From an uncultured virus (IMG/VR IMGVR_UViG_3300020414_000984) (taxonomy: Duplodnaviria; Heunggongvirae; Uroviricota; Caudoviricetes; Crassvirales), in the IMG/VR virus record IMGVR_UViG_3300020414_000984: 36,187 bases of DNA. One strand, 5' to 3'. Below the pieces are notes generated by a model, which did not search any database, had not been told where the DNA came from, and worked only from the letters and a program-made list of their open reading frames with translations. Position numbers and translations under genes: made by a program. Positions 30,401 to 36,187 of this stretch are shown one piece after another (the first letter of the stretch is position 1; the number at the start of each line of letters is the position of its first letter).

Positions 30401-30535
30401 GCAAAAGGTTTTACTAAAAAAATACCTTTATCAGGACCAAATCATTATAAACCAAAAGGTGAACTAGGAGTTGATTACATGCAAGTAGAAAGACCTGATG
30501 GTACAATACAATATTACGTAAAACATAAAAAATGA
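21488..30535 (+). CDS. Giant (3015 aa) polyvalent internal virion protein with zincin-like and HAD-like domains
   Basis: HEVLH at 24755-24769 with downstream YEEVMA; HAD motifs VFDFDDTL (27785), VLTAR, K and YFADDS; hydrophobic Gly-rich segments. Confidence 0.75.
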   Translation: MTEEEFLMSLPQSLDPDEKLKRLEQWRQENPQPEVEEEVVEEEVSEQQPKEEIISSENVNFSFPSSFNNQQKPSLFSLGSDGQIDINSSIFNTSNTDTLNYQFQGTSLPTTNLNLSLGGLQNNVEAMEAQQRLTAVSKPNEIMNTFDKSYEYKYDLVDGKMIYYTRKNGTEDEWDVIDNPEDNRYFDIGAKVFKHFDYDEEAYDQGQSIIRQGKKVGKKYSSFMEESETILLDETSTEEFVDIEKIFTERVQMTDEQEENNEDAATSFVENKQRERVEVKEVTTKIGSEGGKPIYSTQKVKVKTGEMEDNPDYIAARDEAIKQLKNEKGILDKDFDLNDPEIMKMVDARIYQNKLRELNSATTINNLENYIEGLGTDFDLADYYEVGVDFLTDASPIFNTLKDKLLPKINEELGTNLGEKTILDVFDRTELQQRMEKFIDIKQSNLDNKSKKLETFMASGEDLLKQLNRVALNISKGNYQTPSQVDEANKALTNINKQIDETLNLINKKYDEFSDELEKNPDLAGFADKLKRNYGAFPLMVNNFKAAGTEMFLGVEEMAYQVYNLYDAGVDWVDDNVFGGYNLFSSTLNPAGELVSLFGMESDLEEWRTNNIELTEKWIQDSLRGTIAEAKSVSDITDFGDFVTWGFTNVGTLTPQVMAMTVSPHTGLLIVGSSAGGNKFKELTKIEEQSVEDYRKWNDLKPTQRDGESDELFKERTQRWQDEKPEIVNYTALQKYGGAMMTMGLELGLGRVVSLPFAKGNSLVSPILNRIKVLPGAQNKWSRMFANGVRKSAVGFGDAQLEGFEEGLIGVGDNWYRRYVLGDTSVNLFDGFWDQYSAGVMGGYYFKAPHLMTSVLNTVQTPKDVSNITGLQNEIKSINNTILNNPKMSANTKDILNDNVATKINQITNSINTSLNTFTQMSETDFNLLGTIDQQLFEINSQIEQIQNDDGIVEGKEQLIEDLQNERNNLTGQKNTVLEAYQQIDSQQVTLGNGQIIPIATIRKGSEVVAEQLGDTDIVRFDTTQDFIGGIETLRAEGVEVELAQDTEGNTLPADQQSYGLIATLPDGTKQVIINNASQEADGVIPADKHEVLHAFAAKMDPEVKLKMGQDLYNLLVNDTGDVTSRVEIDPRTRASLDTYRKDLLEGKIDEAQFYEEVMAVVSDGLTQGTVDVKETGPIMSLVNKFLETIGFKQSFEDGKQVIDFLKDFNKDVLSGKGLSQQTLDKAGVNLDQEVDMGLETEVDLGVVQSQKLPEATEVYMDVDNNALQQGLNNAIQNQTDQQFPIAQAIVEKNWPLISKSLNINSQQEMEAAKEVVIDQVLGQFEGSGQGKYGPRNTSALAGFSLEGGAQVSTYLAETIRTRKPEIDAAIADRTGGPGIQADQMGDVAVETDVTEVAETRRTPSQTTTYSDAILENVQTDKNGLETRITESIQESYPGRTDVTLAETRNIPTQVAQVYGDMFGINPQTLSDKTRNFQKTDADGLNAAKRFLIDNAQADFANLPDALDVDGKGTFIPLNVKKALYTDGKKTGTLKDYLDLIRIKPEKPIYRDRAGQTIRGLLNTHIRNRILETSNPDPASRKRSGAKFSKRAKVKSTQVDNRTPNQVLADMGRGPMRIQTAADGSLVVDSGPVEPLTKSGRTFPKVKASKKIDVKEVIKLEETAVDQTVSEISKAEPIPTISYQKLEKDLKPGNIKDKVYTGLRDQSAPYKKDKKGKTIETYEQARNRVVNDFLDKHPKWKSFIRRGMAGGIENSLFLSTQEYRNATANVPASVQTDILPSSIGTKTSDIQGSNKLNPKGLKDFNKDNEALKPEILIEFWGDVADFLQDNKKDAWFFGEMVNDSRNHTAGPLRSAAAYSFYPINPKSKKANFEVPILIEHGMPNFAANKPLFAAAMKGRNYVNALKDVTVASYGQGAIMNDTTTDKSKSDDDLVNVDYKNNMPAWFYTNTIPAIKSGQLNNIIDKYPGLIGPVARMSASGVNQNSYASPVDGKSIPEIFDVEVDPQFRDGANVVVAQNKAIINTLKGMTKADVQKQFKLDLKIAKDKDVATKKSLVDKGPEVFDSNMTVEKMKTVATNSLKTKVLSSKRTPKPKGISVFDFDDTLAKTKEKVIVKTPDGKTKEISAAEFAREAANLVEAGAEFDFSNFENVASDTAEGPLADLARKRQGKFGSGDIFVLTARPATAAPAIQQFLKSIGINIPLANITGLGDGSPQAKVDFVLNKTAEGYNDFYFADDSFANVEAVSQILDAVDVKNRVEQAQTKEVKLNNDINQIIEEVTGVESFKKYSTVRARLEGKKKDGGIFKRIGKQLTITASAEDFEGLTYALRGKGEQGDRHAKWINDNLLDPYNKAELELLSAKVNVGRDFAALRKKFPTLKGSKLSFNNPLLKEIDGGPFNKEQAVRVYLWNKQGNEIPDMSKRDVNRLVKAVEADIELQTFADELASIQRSPEYPAPGKNWLGGSIKNDILNAMDGSFRSELMAEFNENVDIIFSPENLNKLEAIYGSKYVEALKDSIRRMKSGSNRPVITGSGARVVNEMLDWLNASVANVMFLNSRSGLLQTLSTVNFINWGDNNLYAAAKAFGSKEMWPTFMKLMNSDYLINRRDGLRINVNEAELADAAKKGGIKGAFSYLMDKGFAITRVMDSFAIALGGSTFFINRKKALLNRVNPDTGKLYTEAEADEKAFQDFYAIAEETQQSSNPARISSQQASIAGRVLLSFQNITMQMNRKTKKSILDLYNRRKKPGMTQRESDLSNMSSVIYYVGMQNLIFNSLQQGLFAMLFDDEEEEDKRKQERFANTLNGMTDSLLFGLGFGGAIIATSKNILMRIADESDKNKPDYRDIPDDVFDVSSVIDAKFRKLKSAARTFTFERDEIKRRGWSIDNPAYLAVAQIIAAFTNAPVDRVLMKVNNLRQASDESVRTWQRVALVLGWSGWQFGLPYYGRQSTIDRENKEDEKIKENYAKQVKEVKAKGFTKKIPLSGPNHYKPKGELGVDYMQVERPDGTIQYYVKHKK

Positions 30536-30621
30536 AAAAGAAAATTATAAAACTAATCGATAAAATTCAACAAGCTTGGAATAGTTTGTTATATAAATTA
30601 ATGTTTAAAAAATACAAATAA
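30532..30621 (+). CDS. 29-aa basic amphipathic peptide MKKKIIKLIDKIQQAWNSLLYKLMFKKYK
   Basis: ATGA overlap with the giant gene stop; fills the intergenic gap; below the track length cutoff. Confidence 0.5.
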   Translation: MKKKIIKLIDKIQQAWNSLLYKLMFKKYK

Positions 30622-30627
30622 TGAAAA

Positions 30628-31812
30628 ATGAAAAAACTAGTCCTTGTCCTCTTTGCGGCGGTTATTGCGGTATCTGTTAACGCTCAAGAAAAGAAAAGCT
30701 TATTTAAAAGTATATACGAAGATATATTTAAGTATAGTACTATTTATGTAGCTGGTGATATACAAAACCCTAAAGAAGAACCAAAAGATTATTTTGTAAG
30801 AACTAATCCTAGTGGAAACATATACGAACCACCTGTTGTAGTAGATGGTACAGACTATTATGACTTTGATTATCGCTATGGTTTTGGTATTCGTAAGATT
30901 GCTAGATTTGATTATGAAATAAAAGGCAAAAACTATTATGATGGTACTGAATCTAACGTAGGTTTAGCAGCTTCTAACTCACCGATTAAAGGTCTTGAAT
31001 ATGTATTTCATACTGAAAAAGAAAGATCCAGAGATGAAGTATTTAAAAATCACCGTTATTTTCTAAAACATAGCGGTAAATACCACATGGTTAAAGTTGA
31101 AAGTAGAAAACAAGGTAAAGTAAACTTTAATTATAAGTCAGCTGAAATTAGAGGTAAAATACCCATGGGTGATAAATTTTCATTTAATGCTGGAGTTATA
31201 TACCGTACACATGATAGAGCTTATGGATATAATCCAATTGAAATATGGTTAAATGAAACAGACGAAAATGGTTGGCCTGTTAACTATTGGTATCAATTAG
31301 GATATAACTATGGATATACTGATCAATGGGTTACTATTAACATTGATGGTGAAGATGTTTATGATTATTATTGGTATGATCCACAAGGAAATGAAGTAGC
31401 TTACACTGATTTACAGTTCCGTGACACTATATTTGAATCACTTATTAATCGTTATAATAACGAGCAGTGGGATTTATTAGATCCGTTTGGTGTTGTGTCA
31501 CCTGTTGTCGGTTTTGACTTCTATCATTATAAAAATAATTTCTGGCTTCATGCTTATGGTTCTTATTTATTACCATATCACAAGTATGTAAAAGGCGATG
31601 AAGACTTTAGTTATTTAAATAGAAACAATTGGGGATTAGGCGGATTACGTCAAGACTCAGACTTAGAGCAATGGGAAGATTATCAAGCTGGTGTAGTATT
31701 TGGCTGGAAACTAAACAAATCAATTGGTGTATTTTTTGAAGGCGAATATACTAAGTTCTGGGATAGTAAAATTTATAATGGATCAGTAGGTTTAAATATA
31801 ACACTAAGATAA
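30628..31812 (+). CDS. Secreted protein, probable outer-membrane beta-barrel
   Basis: Sec signal peptide ending VSVNA-Q; aromatic-rich alternating strands; C-terminal strand YNGSVGLNITLR. Confidence 0.6.
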   Translation: MKKLVLVLFAAVIAVSVNAQEKKSLFKSIYEDIFKYSTIYVAGDIQNPKEEPKDYFVRTNPSGNIYEPPVVVDGTDYYDFDYRYGFGIRKIARFDYEIKGKNYYDGTESNVGLAASNSPIKGLEYVFHTEKERSRDEVFKNHRYFLKHSGKYHMVKVESRKQGKVNFNYKSAEIRGKIPMGDKFSFNAGVIYRTHDRAYGYNPIEIWLNETDENGWPVNYWYQLGYNYGYTDQWVTINIDGEDVYDYYWYDPQGNEVAYTDLQFRDTIFESLINRYNNEQWDLLDPFGVVSPVVGFDFYHYKNNFWLHAYGSYLLPYHKYVKGDEDFSYLNRNNWGLGGLRQDSDLEQWEDYQAGVVFGWKLNKSIGVFFEGEYTKFWDSKIYNGSVGLNITLR

Positions 31813-31813
31813 T

Positions 31814-32101
31814 ATGGCACAGAAGATAGGTGAAGAAACACAGGTAACGCTTGATCTTAAAACAATAGGCATGATAGTAGGTTTTGTAATTATGTTAGCT
31901 GGTATGTGGTTTACATTACAAGCAGATATAGCTCAAGCTAAAGAATTACCTGCACCAGTTATTGATAGAGTAGAATATGATTTAAAAGACGAGTTGATAC
32001 GTCAAACCATCATGGATACGCAAGAAGATGTTGAAGAGATAAAAGAAACTATTGATAAGATTGACGAAAGACTGTACGAGATACAAAAAAACGGAAGATG
32101 A
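31814..32101 (+). CDS. Single-TM membrane protein with a C-terminal coiled coil
   Basis: IGMIVGFVIMLAGMWFTL transmembrane segment, then DVEEIKETIDKIDERLYEI heptads. Confidence 0.7.
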   Translation: MAQKIGEETQVTLDLKTIGMIVGFVIMLAGMWFTLQADIAQAKELPAPVIDRVEYDLKDELIRQTIMDTQEDVEEIKETIDKIDERLYEIQKNGR

Positions 32102-32496
32102 AATACTTAAATATAATTTTATTATTATTATCATTTAATGTATCTGCTCAAGAGTGGATAACAGATGATAACTTTGATAATAAAATAAATGAAAAACAAG
32201 CTTTTGGTGATGATCAAAGTAAACCTGTTATTGTAGAGTTTTACGCTAAGTTTAACGATGCTAATAAGTTTGATCAATGGTCTGAACTAAAAGATGTTAT
32301 ATATTATAGAGCAGATATAGCCGTATGTCCAGCTGCTAAGAAAAAATATAAAGTACGTATGGCACCAACACTTATTATATTTAAAGATGGTATAAAAGAA
32401 ACTGTTTTTAAAGCTGGTTTAGATTTAACACTACCAGCAGATCTAAGTGATATACAAGAAGCAATAAATGAAGTTAATAATGCAAGTAAATTTTAA
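32098..32496 (+). CDS. Secreted thioredoxin-fold protein lacking CxxC
   Basis: Signal peptide (VSA-Q); ITDDNFD...PVIVEFYAKFN in place of WCxxC; cis-Pro loop MAPTLIIFKDG. Confidence 0.7.
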   Translation: MKYLNIILLLLSFNVSAQEWITDDNFDNKINEKQAFGDDQSKPVIVEFYAKFNDANKFDQWSELKDVIYYRADIAVCPAAKKKYKVRMAPTLIIFKDGIKETVFKAGLDLTLPADLSDIQEAINEVNNASKF

Positions 32497-32499
32497 ATT

Positions 32500-32889
32500 A
32501 TGAGTAGTAAGTTTTCTAGTCCCTTTATGAATAAAAGTCCTTTAAGAGATGCTAAGTTTAATACTTCGCTACAACCTCGAGTAATGGATCCTACGCAAAA
32601 TATAAATATGACGCAACAAGAAATAGTTAATGAGAGAGAAGCTCTTACAGACGCTGTTGTAGGAGGAGTAACTCTTAATCCAACTTTTGCGGGCGTTAGC
32701 ACTGCGGGTAAAGGTATTGCAGCTACAGCAAAAGCTATAACTTCAGGAGGTTTGCGTAATTTAGTTGCGAAAAATGTTAACAAAATTACTGGATTTTTTG
32801 CTAAAAAATTAGGTTTAAAAGGTGGTACTAGTGGGGTTAGTAGTACTAAAAATTTAAATAAAAAAGTACCTGATCTAGGCAATATGTAA
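32500..32889 (+). CDS. Hypothetical basic protein with an N-terminal SPF/SPL motif
   Basis: MSSKFSSPFMNKSPL; coupled to its neighbours. Confidence 0.6.
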   Translation: MSSKFSSPFMNKSPLRDAKFNTSLQPRVMDPTQNINMTQQEIVNEREALTDAVVGGVTLNPTFAGVSTAGKGIAATAKAITSGGLRNLVAKNVNKITGFFAKKLGLKGGTSGVSSTKNLNKKVPDLGNM

Positions 32890-33038
32890 TGAAAAAAAGA
32901 AAATTAAATAGTACCAATCCTAAATATTATCCAATTAAAGAAGAAGAAGTAAAAGAGAGAAAAGAATTAATAGCTACCATACGCAAAGGCAGAAAACGTA
33001 ACGTTAAAGTCTACGCGGTGTTTAGCGAAATAGAATAA
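32889..33038 (+). CDS. 49-aa basic hypothetical protein (MKKRKLNSTNPKYYP...)
   Basis: TAATG coupling; fills a gap missed by the track. Confidence 0.6.
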   Translation: MKKRKLNSTNPKYYPIKEEEVKERKELIATIRKGRKRNVKVYAVFSEIE

Positions 33039-33040
33039 TT

Positions 33041-33196
33041 ATGAGTTCACCATTATACGGAAAAATTAGTTCAGCTTGTAAAGCTGCTGCAAAAAGAAAA
33101 TTTAAAGTTTGGCCAAGTGCTTATGCTTCAGGTTGGGGTGTGAGATGTACAAAAGCTGGAGGTCCAAGTAAATTTGGAGGTAAAAGCAAAAAGTAA
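33041..33196 (+). CDS. 51-aa basic protein with an AKRKFKVWPSAYAS motif
   Basis: Own translation MSSPLYGKISSACKAAAKRKFKVWPSAYASGWGVRCTKAGG...; the motif resembles DUF5872-type viral proteins (from recollection). Confidence 0.7.
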   Translation: MSSPLYGKISSACKAAAKRKFKVWPSAYASGWGVRCTKAGGPSKFGGKSKK

Positions 33197-33471
33197 TGAC
33201 TTACATACAGCACAACTCACCATTCGCAAAGCAAAAAGGCGGTGGTACAACTAAAACTTGTTTGCCAGCTTCTAAAATAAGAAGCATGAGTAAAGAGCAA
33301 AGAGAAAAACTAGTTAATGCAAAAAGATCTGCAGGAGCTAAAGGTAAATATAAACGATCATCTAAAACAAATGTAAAAGGAGCTCGTAAAAAAGGAGCTA
33401 CATTACGTGACTGGTTTGAAAAAGAAGACTGGAGAAGAGTTGATGATCCATCTAAAAAATGCGGAGAATAA
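33196..33471 (+). CDS. Basic protein with CLP and LRDWFEKEDW motifs
   Basis: Coupled ORF, Lys/Arg-rich. Confidence 0.7.
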   Translation: MTYIQHNSPFAKQKGGGTTKTCLPASKIRSMSKEQREKLVNAKRSAGAKGKYKRSSKTNVKGARKKGATLRDWFEKEDWRRVDDPSKKCGE

Positions 33472-33884
33472 TGAGTACACCAATTAAACATTGTGCTGCT
33501 AGTGTTATGCACACTAAGGTATGGAACGATATGCGAGCTAGACAAGCTGCTGTAGCAGGTAGAGGTTCTGGTAATAAAGTAGGTATTAATCATGCTGAAG
33601 ATAAGCGTAAAACACCGTTAGCTATAAAAGAAGCTGCTTATGAAAAGCAAAATAGAAAAATGCGTGCAGATCATAAAAAAGATACAGGTAAAACTTTAGG
33701 TAAAAGACAAACATCTGGTACAGGTAAACGTAGAGTTTCTTTTGCTTGTAGGTTTGCTGGCATGAAAGGTTCAATGAAGAATAAAAAAGGTGAACCAACA
33801 AGATATGCTATGGCATTAAAAAAATGGGGTTTTGGTAGTAGAGAAGCTGCTAGAAACTTCTGTAATAAAAATAAAGAAAAATAA
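33471..33884 (+). CDS. Basic protein with an RRVSFACRFAGM...ALKKW motif (DUF6321-like)
   Basis: Likely start is the ATG at 33471 (TAATG coupling); family name from recollection. Confidence 0.65.
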   Translation: MSTPIKHCAASVMHTKVWNDMRARQAAVAGRGSGNKVGINHAEDKRKTPLAIKEAAYEKQNRKMRADHKKDTGKTLGKRQTSGTGKRRVSFACRFAGMKGSMKNKKGEPTRYAMALKKWGFGSREAARNFCNKNKEK

Positions 33885-33885
33885 T

Positions 33886-34152
33886 ATGTACACATCACCA
33901 TTTTTTAAACGTATGGGTGAGTTTAAACATTCTGACGCACCTGATGCTAAAGGTAAATTCAATGATCTATCTGCAAGTGAATTAGCTAGTTGGTTAATTA
34001 AAACTAGAAAAGGTAATTTAAAAAAGATTATTGGAAGTTTAAATCAACAAGTTGTATTCAATAGAAAGAAAAGACCTAGCTATGCTAAGAAGATGAAAAC
34101 AACTATGAACATTGTAAGAAAAAGATTAAAGAAAGATGAAGATAAGTCATAA
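33886..34152 (+). CDS. Basic hypothetical protein (MYTSPFFKR...HSDAPDAKG)
   Basis: ATG at 33886 lies just after the upstream stop. Confidence 0.65.
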   Translation: MYTSPFFKRMGEFKHSDAPDAKGKFNDLSASELASWLIKTRKGNLKKIIGSLNQQVVFNRKKRPSYAKKMKTTMNIVRKRLKKDEDKS

Positions 34153-34597
34153 CATAAGCTATGCAGAAGCAATACATTCTAACACTGCTAAAAGAAAAGG
34201 TATAGATAATACACCTAATCCAACGCAGGTAGAAAATATGAAAGTTACTGCAGAAAAAATATTTCAACCACTACGTGAGTGGGTTGGTGGACCAATAAAA
34301 GTTAATTCGTTTTTTAGATCACCAGAACTTAATGAAGCAATCGGCGGAAGTAAAACCAGTCAACATTGTAAAGGTCAAGCAATTGATATTGACGATGTAT
34401 ATGGTTACAAAACAAACGCAGAAATGTATCATTGGGTAAAAGAAAATTTAAATTTTGATCAAATGATATGGGAGTTTGGAACAGATATGAATCCTAACTG
34501 GGTACATATATCATACGTGTCAGAAGAAGATAATAGAAACAGATGTCTAAAAGCCTATAAAGATGATATGGGTAGAACTAAATACAAAGTAATATGA
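34136..34597 (+). CDS. Peptidase M15A-family endolysin
   Basis: SFFRSPELNEAIGGSKTSQHCKGQAIDI (R, SxH-x6-D) and WVHISY zinc-ligand motifs. Confidence 0.88.
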   Translation: MKISHNISYAEAIHSNTAKRKGIDNTPNPTQVENMKVTAEKIFQPLREWVGGPIKVNSFFRSPELNEAIGGSKTSQHCKGQAIDIDDVYGYKTNAEMYHWVKENLNFDQMIWEFGTDMNPNWVHISYVSEEDNRNRCLKAYKDDMGRTKYKVI

Positions 34598-35265
34598 ATA
34601 AGTTTAATATTGGTGGTTTTAAACTGCCACACATGTCTAACTCTGCTTTGCCAGTAAAAAAATACAAAAAAGTAGAACAACAAAGAATTGGGGCAAACCT
34701 ACCACCACAAAAGCCAATCCAACAGCCAAAGCCATTGCATCCTAACTCTGGAGGATCATCTATAACATATCATAAAGATGGTCACGCTCCTAAAATAGCA
34801 AGCATGGATAGAGCTCCAGAATTAAGTGAAGATTTAAAAGCTCAACTACATGAACAAGCTAATGTATTAGGTAGACCATTTTGGAGTGAAGAACACCAAG
34901 TTAATGTAGATCCAGAAGACGGTGTGTTGCATAATAGACCTGTGTACGATGATGGTACAAAACTAACTTATGATCCTTATAAAAAACCTGATTTTGAAAG
35001 TAGTACTGGAGGTGATGAATTTGATATAGATTATTCTGGTGCAGAACCTGTGGATCTAGGTACTATAAAACCTAGTGAGTTTACTAAAGCTAAAACAAAA
35101 TTAGTTGAAGACTATGGTGGTGCGGATAATCCAGAATATCAAATGGAAAAAGAAGCATATTTTTGGAATCCAACAAAAGGTAAAATGAGAAGTAGTTATT
35201 TAGAATATCCAGAGGATGCAGCAGGTATTGAACCAAGATATTTAGGTAAAAACTGGGATAATTAA
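34594..35265 (+). CDS. Hypothetical protein (basic Pro-rich N-terminus, acidic C-terminus)
   Basis: 223-aa ORF with ATGA overlap; last gene of the + strand operon. Confidence 0.6.
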   Translation: MNKFNIGGFKLPHMSNSALPVKKYKKVEQQRIGANLPPQKPIQQPKPLHPNSGGSSITYHKDGHAPKIASMDRAPELSEDLKAQLHEQANVLGRPFWSEEHQVNVDPEDGVLHNRPVYDDGTKLTYDPYKKPDFESSTGGDEFDIDYSGAEPVDLGTIKPSEFTKAKTKLVEDYGGADNPEYQMEKEAYFWNPTKGKMRSSYLEYPEDAAGIEPRYLGKNWDN

Positions 35266-35311
35266 TAGGATCAAAATATAATGGGCGTACCATACCCAAA
35301 GATCCTGTAAC

Positions 35312-35345
35312 AAAAAAGGGGACCACGATTGTGATCCCCTTTTTT
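35312..35345. terminator. Bidirectional intrinsic terminator
   Basis: AAAAAAGGGGACCAC-GATT-GTGATCCCCTTTTTT between convergent genes. Confidence 0.85.
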
Positions 35346-35361
35346 AATTATAATAAATAAA

Positions 35362-36186
35362 CTAACCATCACACGCAATGCACTCTTCCATTGCTTTTTG
35401 TGCAATATCTCCACGCAACACACTTTCTGTACGCATATAATATAAAGTTTTAATTCCTTTTTTCCATGCGTCTAAATGTACTTTATTAATCCATTTAGGT
35501 GTTGCTTCAGCTGGAAACGCTAAATTAAGACTTACTGATTGATCTATATATTGTTGGCGTATTCCTGCTTGTCTTACTAATTCTAATTGATTTATTTCTT
35601 TAAATGTCTTAAATACTTCTTTAGTATCTTCGTCTAATCCTTTTATATCCTGTATAGAACCACCATCTGCTAATATTTTGTCCCATACTTCTTTTGTATT
35701 TAATCCTCTTTTGTCCAACACTTTTTGTAGTGTAGGATTTTTGCGTATAAACGTTCCTTTTGCGCTTTGTTCAGTGAAAACGTTAGCTGCCCACGGTTCA
35801 ATTCCGGGAGACACATTTCCAGAAAGTTTACTATTACTAACAGTGGGAGCAATAGCGCGTAAATGGGTATTGCGAAAGCCAGTACCCACACACCAAAGAG
35901 GTTCTCCATAAACATCAGCAAGAGCCATACTAGCTCTTTCAGATTCGATTTTGATTTGGCTAAAAATTCTTCTTGTTTCATATTGTGCTAATAAACCCTC
36001 AAATGGTAAACCTTTTTCTTGTAAGTACGTATGATAACCTAATACACCTAAACCTAATGCTCTACCTTTTTCAGCAGATCTTACAGAGTTTTCAAAGCCT
36101 TTTCTATATTTAGCTCTTTGTATAAACTCTTCAAGTACTCCATCAAGAAACCATATTGAGTCATAAATGATATTTGTATTTTTCCA
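35362..36186 (-). CDS. nrdA: Class I ribonucleotide reductase alpha subunit, C-terminal part (5'-truncated)
   Basis: The frame is open to the window end (WKNTNIIYDSIWFLD...GRALGLGVLG...); motifs AIAPT, SPGIEP, QQYIDQSVSLN, KTLYYMR and C-terminal CIAC. Confidence 0.95.
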   Translation of the reverse strand, partial: WKNTNIIYDSIWFLDGVLEEFIQRAKYRKGFENSVRSAEKGRALGLGVLGYHTYLQEKGLPFEGLLAQYETRRIFSQIKIESERASMALADVYGEPLWCVGTGFRNTHLRAIAPTVSNSKLSGNVSPGIEPWAANVFTEQSAKGTFIRKNPTLQKVLDKRGLNTKEVWDKILADGGSIQDIKGLDEDTKEVFKTFKEINQLELVRQAGIRQQYIDQSVSLNLAFPAEATPKWINKVHLDAWKKGIKTLYYMRTESVLRGDIAQKAMEECIACDG

Positions 36187-36187
36187 C

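Noticed and set aside
21488..30535. Giant protein as a crAss/N4-type virion RNA polymerase
   Set aside because: No DxDxD catalytic motif in an RNAP context was seen; DFDDT sits within a full set of HAD motifs.
32493..32882. 129-aa antisense ORF mirroring 32500-32889
   Set aside because: It is the shadow of a + strand gene that is coupled to its neighbours; there is no independent signal.
35678..35981. Extra ORFs overlapping nrdA
   Set aside because: Alternative-frame shadows of a clearly conserved enzyme gene.
1..36187. Stop-codon reassignment as in some crAss-like phages
   Set aside because: Genes are long and intact under the standard code, and coding density is high.

Overview
About 36 kb of an AT-rich (~30% GC) lytic tailed-phage genome covering the virion module. 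Gene starts are A/T-rich and lack Shine-Dalgarno motifs. Together with the gene content, this suggests a podovirus-like phage of marine Bacteroidota/Flavobacteriia with crAss-like architecture (inference). The + strand carries, in order: the 3' part of a tail-fibre gene, a small nucleotidyltransferase-like gene, a chaperone cluster with a GroES-like protein, terminase, portal, scaffold, major capsid, tail ring and stabilisation proteins, a second nucleotidyltransferase-like paralog, ejection/cargo proteins including a 3015-aa polyvalent protein (HExxH and HAD motifs), a three-gene envelope cassette, small basic proteins and an M15 peptidase endolysin. A bidirectional terminator separates these from the convergent 3' end of nrdA. 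Main observations: (1) two GC-rich islands inside core genes coincide with +1-frame overprinted ORFs, a 42-aa MPFKSEKQRRYLWANHPEIA protein in the scaffold gene and a ~214-233-aa ORF in terL; (2) two paralogous minimal NTases each sit directly behind a tail gene and directly before a shared promoter-like motif; (3) a secreted beta-barrel / membrane coiled-coil / CxxC-less thioredoxin cassette. No tRNA, CRISPR array, integrase or reverse transcriptase was recognised.
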